DNA of 62,411 nucleotides, counting the filler, from Choristocarpus tenellus KU-1152 (Eukaryota; Protista; Phaeophyceae): assembly GCA_964200185.2 (NCBI GenBank). It is 13 parts of 13 records of this genome, joined end to end, with 100 filler letters (N's around TTAATTAATTAA, not from the genome) between each part and the next. Parts side by side here need not be neighbours in the genome. Positions count along the whole stretch, not along the records: positions 51,232 to 59,690 come from CAXNAD020004683.1; positions 59,791 to 62,411 come from CAXNAD020026201.1; 11 more parts are not named here. One strand, given 5' to 3'. Shown here piece after piece: positions 51,679 through 62,411 of this stretch (position 1 is the first letter of the stretch; the number at the start of each line of letters is the position of its first letter). A program made the position numbers and the translations under genes. The notes under the pieces are model-generated. The model worked only from the letters and a program-made list of their open reading frames with translations, was not told where the DNA came from and ran no database searches.

Positions 51679-54600
51679 GGTCACCCTATTCACTGCCTCG
51701 ATGCACCCTACTTACGCCGGCTTCTGGCCGAAGCAAAAGGCCTGGGGGGTGACCGTCTAGCCCTGGATATCCTGGAGGCCGAAAGTGCGCTCGCCTGCTA
51801 TGGGAGAGTAGAAGGCCTAGCCACATCAATAGAGGTGTAATGATTAATCGTATCATAGCTGAATTGAAATTTTCAACCAGAATCTCAACCTAGGCATTGC
51901 CCTCTTTCTGTTGCTTCTTTTCAGATGGACAACATGTTTGCATGTATTTTATGAAAAAGTGCACTAAGCTAGCAGCTGAACTATCAAGACAAAAAAGTAA
52001 TACATTAACTTAAGCAAATACTATATATTATCAGAGATGATTAACCACCAAACACCATCAGAAATGTTGACAGCCATTGATGGATTGAAAAGGAAGCACT
52101 ATAAATTCATTCAAAAGTACCAAGGCAAAGCTAGAATTAGTTACATCTCTACCGCAGCAACCTACTGGGGCTAAAGGTCATCCCACTATATTTCCATGCA
52201 ATATGTATGACAGGCACAAGCCAGGGGCTACTTGGATAGGAAACGTGTGAAAAAACGTTTGGTGAAGCGAAGGAGATTGTTGGCATTGATTCAGAGTCGG
52301 AAAGAAACTTGTGGTTCAGTTGCAGCTGCAACTGTCGAGACTGCCATCAGCATTGGCATTCGAAAAGCAACAAGAGCAATACGGTGAGGTTTGATATTTT
52401 CTAACAGCTGTTTGATTTGGGAAAAATGTCTTTGTTTCCTGAAATTTTGGGTGACTTTTCAATTGTACCATTCCTTCCAGCTCTTGTTTGAATATGTTCT
52501 GCATGAGATCTTGTTCCATCTACTGCATCAAACTGCTTCAACTATAGCAACTCAGGAGGGAGGTGGACATGCTCCAAATTTCTTGGATAACTGCACAAGT
52601 GATAGATGTATTGTGTAGGTATTTCCTGGGGAGAGCAATGGAGTGAGCATGACAAAACGATGTACTGTATGTCACAAACAAATATAACCCATTTGGCGAT
52701 AATATATCTCTAGCAGCTATCAACCTGGCTCATGCAACACATTAGAAGACCAGCACTTTTCGTTAATAATGAGAAATGTATATTGTCAAGGCTGTGACCA
52801 TATTATGAAATCAGCATCAATTTCATTTTCAGCCTGATTGAGTCCTATCATATCCACCTAATCATTAAAAACTCTGTCTAAATGAGTATAATACATAAAT
52901 CACTCTTGATTTGTAAAGTTAACAACTAATATCGAGAAAAATCTGTATGCAGGCGGCCGCTGACAGGATCTGTGGGCTGTTTTTCGGATTCTCGACGTCT
53001 GATTGTCACTGCTAGAAGTCAAGAACACTATTCCTTTGTTGCAGGAGCAACAAAGGCTGTCAAGGAATTGCCAGACCTGTGCGGTGCATGCAAGGGATGG
53101 TACGACAGTGCTTAAGAGATAATTGATCAAATTGTTGAGACTGGCCTATCCAGAGCGATATAGTGTTCAAATTTCATCTGCTTGATTCCTTCAACAATGC
53201 ATTATGCCCTTGTCCTTTGTGTACACTAACTGCAGAGTAAACAGCAGTTCTACTTCATATTAACTTAGTACCCCAGTGAACCATGATTTGTCCCAGCAAA
53301 GTGCTTCGGATTGAACTTAGTTTATGTTTTTCCTTTCAACTTCTCAGCCTGAGACAACCTTTGTCCTTAGTTGTCTTGGATGAGTTCATGACTTCTTGTA
53401 GACAAACTCTTTTTGATAAAATATGCTATTCCCCTGGTTCTGGTCCTAGACCAACTATACTTCACATCACCGATGCCTGTTGTCTGCAGCTATGTCCACA
53501 AAGTATGGAGCTATGCAAGGGAAAAAGAAGAGTCATTTCGTGGAGTGTGTAGCTGCCCAACCGTCAAAGTGCAAGAGGAGACAAGACTCACTGTGTATGA
53601 CCCAATCACAGGAGATGAGGTAATTGAATGGCCTATTGAGTAGAAGCAAGGTTTAGAAAGATGTCTCGGTTCTAATTGAAAATCCAGCACACGTCCCAGG
53701 GTCAGGTGTCAAGGATGATGGTTTCATCGGCTGATACCAAGTCTAGAAGAGCAGGTGCCACAGTATCATTTGTCAATTTTCTTAAGTCATAGTGCTAGCC
53801 ACCCTTGGGCGACATGTTCCAAGGAAAGGAGGGAGAATTGTTGGCAATATATGCCAGATTCACAGAGACGCTATACATTTTGTGTCACAAGGTCACTATT
53901 TCAAATAAGAATTGAGTTACAAAACCCGTTGTACTCTCTCAGTTCAACAGTTCCCATTTCCCAGCACCTGAAGTCTAGATATAGCTAACCAATGTGTGTG
54001 ATGTCAATATTAGGAATATATATTCTATTTGCTCAAAGCAACCCTCCCATCCTTACATTGGTTTGAATATTGTCCTTCATATCCTGTCTGCCACCCCAGC
54101 TCAATTTTGTTGTGATTGTTGTGGTTATTGTGAAGTGTCTCCATGGTGGGGAAAGACGCTGCAGAGCAGCAATCAAGCGGGAGTTTTGACAAAATTTGAA
54201 TTCCGATCTAGAAGAATATGACTTAATTATGGCATGGTGAATGCTGACCCACCAGTACGGCTCACAAGTCTCCACCCCCGGGAACGCTGATACAGGGTAA
54301 CCGCTACCTACACCTTTTTGGTTTACTGTTACCCCCTATCTGTCTGGGTGATACTAACAAAATTTTTGAACAACTATGGGTGATAACGTGAGTGCAACCT
54401 TGATTGCTATGATACGATTGCTCCCACTCAAAGAGTAACAACCAATTGTTGGCATGTCAATGGTGATCCTCAGGAGCATCTTGTGGTCAATGAGGGGATG
54501 AGACGGAATCGTTTGCGTATGGCCCAAACATCTCAAGGTAACAAGAGATTGTGTCTAGAAATGGTCATTTCTGCCACACAGCTACAATCACTTCCCTGGG

Positions 54601-56459
54601 ATAAAATCTTGGGATATGGGAACCCCAAAAGAGAGGTGGGTGATGGGAGAGTCACCAACCTTTCAATTGATTTCTTTGTGAAGACAGAAAGGCTTGACTG
54701 ATGAAACAAAGGCATCTACAGCCAGCCACCAGGGGAGTAGCCTCTGCAGTGTCTGACATCATCAACGATTAAGCATTCAAGGCCATTACATATTATATGC
54801 TCCAGAGTATGTAGTATATAATCGAAACGTCTTGCTGTAGTCATGGGCATCATATCTTCCTGATATTGATGGCAAAACATGTGTCTTACATATCATGTTG
54901 TAACATGTATTGTTGATCTTTCTCATGGTCTGATCATATGATACATCTTAAAACCAAACAATATTGTCTGTCACTCAAACAGTAAAGAAACAAGCTGCAA
55001 TAAAGTAGCTTTATTGCTAGGTTGGCAAAATGCTAAGTGAAAAATGATTTAAAACAAAACGATTGTATGATGAAGTAGGCTCACTGCTAGAGCAGCAAGG
55101 TGGCAAATGTAAAATGTATACCACAATGATCCATTAGAAGTTGGTCCAATTGAGGATGGAAATTTGTAGTGAATGATGAGATAAAATCGGAAATTATCCT
55201 ATCATAAATGTCAGAATATCAAACACTTTTCTTTTTCAAATCTGATCTGATACATGTAATCAATATATCAAATTCGATCATTTTGATACTTGGAGTTGAA
55301 TCCATCACTCTCGCTAAAATTGGTGGCTGACCCTAACCCTACATGTGTAGGCTGGAACTGTCATGCGGAGTTGCTGGGAGCCCTGCAAAGAAGCCAGAGA
55401 GACAAAAAAAGCTGCTGATTGGGCTGAACAGCAGGCTTGCTCAATTGATCAGGCTTATAAGACAGCTTGTGTGGAGAAGGAGGAGGTGATGAAATTGAAG
55501 AGAAAAGGTTTCAAACTTTCAGGATATTGCAATTAAATAGAATTTGTACTGGAGAGCACCATTGTCTCCCAGCACTCTCATCCTTTCTCCATGTTTGTGG
55601 TGGGATGACACGCCGTCTTTTTCATACAATCCCCCAAGTCGATCTGTCTGTTGATCTCTTCCTTTCAATTCCTGAGGCGTATCCCTGTTTGTAATCCATG
55701 GAATTTGACTGCTTTTCTTGAATGTTGCTTGGTGTGCCGAACAGTGGCAATTCATGTGTTACAGCTATTGTGGATTATCCCATCTCATGAGTTAGAGCAT
55801 CAATCGTGTCCGTTGAGCAGGCGATCAAATCAGAGGAGTCGGCACGGCACACGTATGAGAACATTTTAATGTCGTACGAGGATGTGAGAGGCCACCAACT
55901 AATAATACTAGCCCGATTGATAGACGCCAGTGAGAAACGTAACTTGGCACTTGCCTTCAGCTGGAAGAGTGTTAAGCAAATGGAAAACAGGGATGCTGAG
56001 GACTGGACACAGGTTTGTGAGGGGAGCACACCTGTGATTCAGAAGAGGCCTTGTTTATCAGGTTCAATCAAACAATTTTCCTTAACCAATGTCAAGATCA
56101 ATATAGCAGTATACTTATTATTGAGGGTGGTGGATGCTGTGGCAGGAAACGTGCAACCTAGTAGCTCCATATGGCAATTCCGTAAAACTGTCAGTGCATT
56201 TCTAATTCCTAGTATCACAAATATTTTTCTGTGAAGAAGTACTTTCACAAGCACCAATATCATCACTCCTTTGAAATACGCAATATATTTGTTATCATAT
56301 TCAAAATATAATGTCTATGATATTGTTCCTTTACTTCTTATTGTTCTTGCTCTCACCTTGATACCATTGCCACGACAGAACAGAACTCTAAATGAGTGGG
56401 CAGAGTGGGAAACCCTTCTTGGTCTACAACATGATCAAATCATTTGGGATGATTCACTG
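51679..56459 (+). CDS. Uncharacterised IQ-like/coiled-coil protein, partial; exons 51679-51834, 52214-52383, 52953-53099, 53490-53619, (unresolved 53.8-54.6 kb), 55351-55485, 55821-56012, 56379-~56459
   Basis: Phase-compatible open exons. The junction ATSIE|AQARGYLDRK forms an IQxxxRGxxxR-like motif. A Cys-rich CGACKGC...CSC segment follows. Confidence 0.65.
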
Positions 56460-56771
56460 TACAAATTAAAATTACACCCTTAACGTTTTTCCCAATGCCC
56501 GTTCCAAATTGGTATGGTTCGTGGATAATGGCAGGTCTGGGAACCTTTCGAAAATGGAAGCAACTGGAGGCAACTCGTGCGTCGAAGAAGGACAGACATT
56601 GCACTTACTTCTGTACTTGAGGTGATACCAACAGCGGACTAGACTACTCCTTCTTCCTGCCATCGCTTGGAACACCCCAATGGCAAAACATTGAGTCAAT
56701 CTTGAACAGAAAGCTCTGTTTCATCTTCAGCTGTGTACATTGAATCGACCTCAAGCTCTGGATGAGGAAAA

Positions 56772-56948
56772 GGCTCAAAGTATCTGGGAGGGGGTGGCGG
56801 CTGTCCGTTTGTGGTCATTTTTTTCATATCACGATTTTTGGGTGATCTCGCTGCCATACGTCGGATGGATAATGCAAATGCACTTTTCCCGATTTTGGTC
56901 CAAATGGACACCCTCGTTTAGAACCCCCCCCCCCAGATATTTTGGGTC
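56772..56948 (+). mobile_element. MITE family B, near-complete copy (~177 bp)
   Basis: GGCTCAAAGTATCTGGG...CCCAGATATTTTGGGTC. Partial copies lie at contig ends 9142, 9282, 25291, 34060, 51050, 51232 and ~59625. Confidence 0.88.
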
Positions 56949-57749
56949 TCAGATACATTCAGGCCGACCTAACTCTTTGGAAGGCACCCATTTGGGAGAT
57001 TCCAGCAGGCACTCTGAATTTAAAAGGAGCAGGTGATAGACCTCTATCTCTTCATGGCTTCTTTCAGCACTACCACTTGGTGACTGGTCCAAACAGTTGC
57101 CATACCTAACTTGGGAGTAGATGAAATTTTATTGGATAATAGCATCAGTGCTATATTTGGATATGGAGGAATTGTTGTATGAAGACAGTGATATATGCAT
57201 TCCAGCAACTCACAAAATTATACCACTTCACCTCTATTTCCCCCCAAGAAATGATTGTTAGACTGAAAGTCCATCACCTTACATTTCAATTTCAGCAACC
57301 ACATCTGAATTCACTACATCACTGCAAAGAGAAAAAAGGATATACCTCCCCCCTAGCACGGAGATGCTCGTCCCAGTTTGTTCTCAGGCATTCAGAGGAA
57401 CAGCTACTGATGCAGTGGTGGAAGCTATCATTCATACTGGCACAGAGGATGACATTCATCCCCACTGGCAACATATTATAGTCAGTCGAACCCACACTGT
57501 TTGGGAGTAAGATGGAGGATGTTTAGTCAAAATTGCCAATTTATCTCAAAAAGGGGTCAAGCTACCAGTGAATTTTGTCGTTGGTCATATCTCCCCTGTG
57601 TCAACCACACATTCCCTTTCGGATGTTACCACAAGCGCAGTTGCAGCCGCATCCTCTACTCCTGAAAAACTGATAAAAACGAGGGACAATTTGAAAAAGG
57701 GTTTTACCAAGAAGTCGTTTGCAACAACAAAACTGAGGTGTTCTGAACA

Positions 57750-59620
57750 AGAGAAAATCACTAGATATTGTGGCTAAATTCAGACCAGTCTTCTCATTAC
57801 GTGAAAATGAATTAGGTTGCTGCACCTCTACTTCAGGTGATTTTCCTCTACAGCCAGGCACTAAACTGGTTTTGTAGACCACCATATCACGTGACACTAA
57901 AAATAAGCAACACTATTTGTCAATGTGTGACTGATACAGAAAAGCAGGGCATTGTAAACCCTCATCTAGCGCATGGGTATCCCCTGTTACCATTGTCACA
58001 AAACCTGACGGATCTCCCCGTTTCTGTGTGGATTATAGAGGAACCATAAATAAACATTTTATACATAATTCGTGTTCTTTACCATCCATGGAAGAGTGTT
58101 TATCCGCTTTGGGGGGGTTCAAAATACTTATCTTGTCTAGATATCCAATGAGCCTATTGGCAATTACAGATAACTGAGGAATGGAAACGACAAAAACCTG
58201 CCTTCATCACACCAGATGTGAAATATTAGTTTCAGAGGTTACCATTTGGAGTACGAAATGCACCGTGGACCTTCCAGGGCTTCATGTCTGAGACGTTTTC
58301 TACAATCGGTCCTAACTCTCTGGGTTATTGGCACCTTTAGACAATATTGTTTTGGCCTGTCCATCTTGGACACACCACAATTTGTTAATCACTATGGCAG
58401 TGTCAACCTTACAAACTTTGGGGGTTACATTAAAGCCATCCAAGGCTCAATTTGGCTCAAAGCAAATCCATTATTTGGGACATGACGATAGTCCACAAGG
58501 AATGGCTATGTCACAAGGTCATATTGAAGCTATTTTAGAAATGCACCGCCCTGAAATATGAAAGGCTTACAATCTTTCTTAGGTTCTACGAACTTTGTCA
58601 GGAAGTCATTCCTCACCTAGCAACAGCAACAGAACCGTTAGTTGAATTGATTTACCATACACAAAAGGGAGGTTCAAAAAGAGAGCACACCACCTCAAAG
58701 AAATATATATATATATACAAGTGATATTCCGTCTATATGGAATTGACCACAGCAAACTGCTTTTGACAAGTGCAAACGACTCTTGACCATGGTTTCTATG
58801 CTACTCTTTCCTGATTTTTCAAGGGAGATTTTTACAAATGTAGATGCCAGTAATGTTGGGACAGGGGCGTTTTTGGTCAATTAAAACGATGATGGCAATT
58901 TTGATATAATTGCATACCATAGTGCCTTACTTCCCCCCCCCAACGGAAATATTCTACTACACAACAAGAGTGCCTTGCAGTTAATCTGGCAATTCAACAC
59001 TGGAGACAATATATTTGGGGTAAACATTTCACAGTTACTACTAATCATTCAGTCATACGGTGGCTGCATAATATGCAAGACAAATCCAATCTGTTAACTC
59101 GATGGCCTCTAGTTCTGCATAGTTTTCATTTGACTGTCCTTCATAAGTCTGGCAGATTACATAACATCCCAGATATGTTGTCATGTCGTCAACTGGAAGA
59201 GTTCTGTAAACATGAACCTGAACCAGCACCCCTAACCCCTATATGTTGAAATGTGGGAGCAGAAACCACTAATGCAACTTCTCAAGCAAGGCATATCTAG
59301 CCTATGAATTGCCTGTGGATTGATTAGGTGAAATCAATAGGGTGGCAAATGACTCAGAGTTCTTTGTTAGCTCGGATGTTTTCCAGTAATTGATAGTGAA
59401 GTTCTAGCCAAAGCCCACCATGATCAGTTTGGAGAATATTTTCAATACCTGGCCGACTCTAGTAATGCAATATTACCCAATAAGGAAACGGCCTAAACCA
59501 TGTCATATTTTTTCACTCAAGAACGAGAAAATAGACTTTTACCCTACCGGTCGTATCAACCTGATCATCTTCGCGAAAATGGAGAATTTAGTGATCAGTT
59601 AGTAGTAGCCCCAACAGAAG
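57750..59620 (+). mobile_element. Degenerate Ty3/gypsy pol (RT + RNase H)
   Basis: Frameshifted motifs in RT then RNase H order: LDI..AYWQL, AFITPD, RLPFG, KPSKAQFG..IHYLGH, LQSFLG..NF.RK, PDFSR....VDASNVG.GA, YSTTQQECLAV, LTRW.L.L, PDMLS. Confidence 0.92.
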
Positions 59621-60119
59621 TCCAGGGTCAACGTATCTGGGGGGGGGGGGGGCCGGCGGCCGTTTTTGACCCTAGGGTTTAATTTTACATNNNNNNNNNN
59701 NNNNNNNNNNNNNNNNNNNNNNNNNNNNNNNNNNTTAATTAATTAANNNNNNNNNNNNNNNNNNNNNNNNNNNNNNNNNNNNNNNNNNNNGGTATAACGG
59801 TATATAGCATACGGCAACAACGGTATAATAACAGACAAACATGCTTTCCACATACCCTCAAACATTTTGGGCATTTGTGTGAGAAGTACCAGGAGAAATT
59901 ATGAACTCGCAATCAAGAACAAGCTCCTGAGGATTTGATGGAAGGGATAGGATAAGTTTATGAAGTAATCTGAGTTTTGTGGACGGAAGAATGGTGGTGA
60001 TAAAGTAATCTGAGTCAGTACATATAATATATTTTTCACTGTCTCTCCATCCTAATATCTAATCCACCGGTGGTGTCTACGTGTATCAGCAGCACTCTCT
60101 ACAAACAGGAGACTTAACA

Positions 60120-61400
60120 CTGATTTGGGTATGTGGTAGATGCGCTTCTTTGCTAGCATGTCACACCCTCTCGCTGCCTCAGTCGAAACCCTGATCGTCA
60201 GGCAGAAACAGGGACTATATCACCACAACAGGACTTCCATGCACAAATAGGCATCAAGCCAAACTTCACTTTTATACAGAAGGGTTGTCAACCGTGTACT
60301 GGCAGCCCTTGCACCGATGCTTCAATCTGTTTTAACCCAGAACTCCTCGCCCGCTGTCTGTGCTGCCTTAAATACCGAACCATCTTCCATTCCCAGCAAA
60401 CAAAGTACCTCATTCTTTCCCAAATGGCAAGGCATCAAAACCCATTCGACCAGTAACATCCGTTCCCCAGCCTGTGCTTTGACCCCCACTTGCTCTACCC
60501 ACAGACAAGGCGAGCAATAGAAGTCAACACGATTCGGGCAAAGACTTACCCCCATCATCTTCCTCCGAGGACGAAGTTGATACATGACTAAAGGCACACC
60601 AAGTGTGCTTTCATCATGCCTGTAGTCGAGACTGCATCACGTCCATAACTGACTAGTGCAGGTATATGTAAAACGACTCGTTAGTTCCAAAGGGAATCCT
60701 CCCATACCTTTCGTTGACCCACCGAGGACCTCCGGGTACTCAATCTACTGCAGAGTCTCGTGCGATGGCAGCCATAATAGAAACGAATCTCCGATCCCTA
60801 GCAGCAATGCAAGACTCGAAACTTCCTCCACTATTCGCGCGAAGCCCAACCGATTCGGACGCTGCAGAGTCATCTTGAAGTTACACCATGGAGTCTGAGT
60901 TTCCAGTCATGTCATTCTAACTATAGATATTTAGATTTTCGTTTCCACCTCGGTATTATTCACCATGACACCGGCCTATGGTATCACTCAAGTATCGACA
61001 TATGCCCTGCTATGTTACCCTCAGAGAGTCCACTTGAGAATGCTTGCCCAGGTACTCCTTGACACAGGTGCAGGTCTAATCTATTTTTGTGAAAATTGCT
61101 TACCACAGCTCAACATGGCAGGCAAAGGTACCTTAGATGCAGCAAACCCCAGAGGGTGCAATATTCTACCAATGCTGGTACTGAGGTCGTGCAAACTTCT
61201 AATAGCGTTTTCCCGGGAGGAAAAAGTGCGCAATATGGGTTGTAGGATAATGGTGGGGCTGCCATACGAAATGTTTTTAGGAGCAACATTTTGTAGACAA
61301 CACTAGAGTGAACTGTTATTTAGAGGTCAGTGCTCCCAACCATCACCAATGTTATCATGGGTACCTTTTGTCAAGATTCCAACACTTAGATCGAGCAGTA
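60120..61400 (+). mobile_element. Ty3/gypsy gag-protease relic
   Basis: Retropepsin VLLDTGAG...LPYEMFLGATF in 60965-61306; the upstream part is homologous to 24570-25000. Confidence 0.75.
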
Positions 61401-62294
61401 ACGATGTACCCTTGTCAGACCCTTAGCAAATGGCATTGTAGTACAAAGGAAAGTTCTAAGATGGATAGTTGTCAGACTACGTAACTAAACAGAAGAAATG
61501 AACAGTATTACCTTACTACAGTTGGATGTTTATCATGCCTTCTTCTAAGACCTTCATAACCCTAACACAAGATCATGCCCAACTAATATTCCCACCCAAG
61601 AACAACTCTTGCCCTGATAGGCGGTGTTACACCTCTTCCCTATTGGTACTAGTGTCAAACATTGTGGAAGGATGAAAGCAGAAGAGACAGGTAGGTCATA
61701 GGGTCCAGTTTTTGAGTTCAAGTCACTCTACTGGAGGGCACAGTTGAAGAATCAAGATAAGGGGGAATTCAGGAGGAGAGAGATGAGTGCCTCCTCCAGA
61801 AAACCTCCCAGCAGGTAACAACTGTATGCCTGAAGTACAAGGTGAGGTCCAGCTGGTACATGCTAGAACAAGAGATTAAAGCAGTGAAAATAATAGCCAC
61901 TGAAAGGAGCATTACTCAGCAGAAGTTAAAATGAAGCTGCCCACATTAGACCACACATTAATATACATCGGTTGTATAGGCTGAAGTCCTTAGAAAAGAC
62001 AAACACTAAACTCACTACTTTTTTTTATTTGTTTATTTTCCTCTTTTCTATGTTGTAACTCTCTGTGATCTGGATATTTTTATATCTTCTATATCTCACT
62101 GATGCTTTTCTAATGTTTATTTATTTTTAGTTCTCATCCCATCATCCCCTGACTTCTAATTTCATTTTTCTTTTTTTTCGTAAGTTGTTACAGTACCTAC
62201 CCCGATTTTGTGCACCCATGGGTACGCCCGAAAAAAGCGGCACATAATCTATATGGTACAATATCGGTTTTGTAGTAATTTGGGTTAGGGTTAA

Positions 62295-62402
62295 CTGGGA
62301 AATCAATCGTCGAAGCGACTGCTTAATCGTGGTGAGCTGGGAAATCAATCGTCGAAGCGACTGCTTAATCGTGGTGAGCTGGGAAATCAATCGTCAAAGC
62401 GA
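62295..62402. repeat. 42-bp tandem repeat, about 2.6 near-perfect copies
   Basis: CTGGGAAATCAATCGTCGAAGCGACTGCTTAATCGTGGTGAG at 62295, 62337 and 62379 (partial). Confidence 0.95.
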
Positions 62403-62411
62403 TTAATTAAT

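Noticed and set aside
62295-62402. 42-bp repeats as a CRISPR array
   Set aside because: Units abut with no unique spacers.

Overview
Eukaryotic draft-assembly sequence made of 13 contigs joined by artificial 100-nt spacers (N-run + TTAATTAATTAA + N-run) at about 2624-2722, 5299-5398, 9182-9281, 18688-18787, 25191-25290, 28135-28234, 31326-31425, 33960-34059, 39827-39926, 47994-48093, 51132-51231 and 59691-59790. Neighbouring contigs are therefore not biological neighbours. The genes are intron-rich (GT-AG). Gene content, intron style and CCCTAA motifs suggest an ochrophyte, probably a brown alga or close relative (inference only). I reconstructed phase-consistent partial spliced genes by hand: a TEY-type MAP kinase, an IQ+WW protein, a probable plastid membrane protein, a PcrA/UvrD-like helicase, a TKL-type kinase with a helical N-terminal region, a coiled-coil protein, a Q-rich protein, an Rrn7/TAF1B-like Pol I factor, a ferlin, an IQ/coiled-coil protein and a tentative micro-exon gene. 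The rest is mostly transposon debris: a CRE-like RLE non-LTR retroelement, Ty3/gypsy relics, Tc1/mariner/IS630-like transposase fragments, three related MITE families (some with 3-bp TSDs), a foldback element and minisatellites. I found no convincing new multi-gene system. The best leads are the MITE clan, the SQ-cluster Rrn7, a possible MLKL-like kinase, telomere-like motifs at branch-point positions, and an unexplained degenerate coding island at 22.9-24.4 kb.
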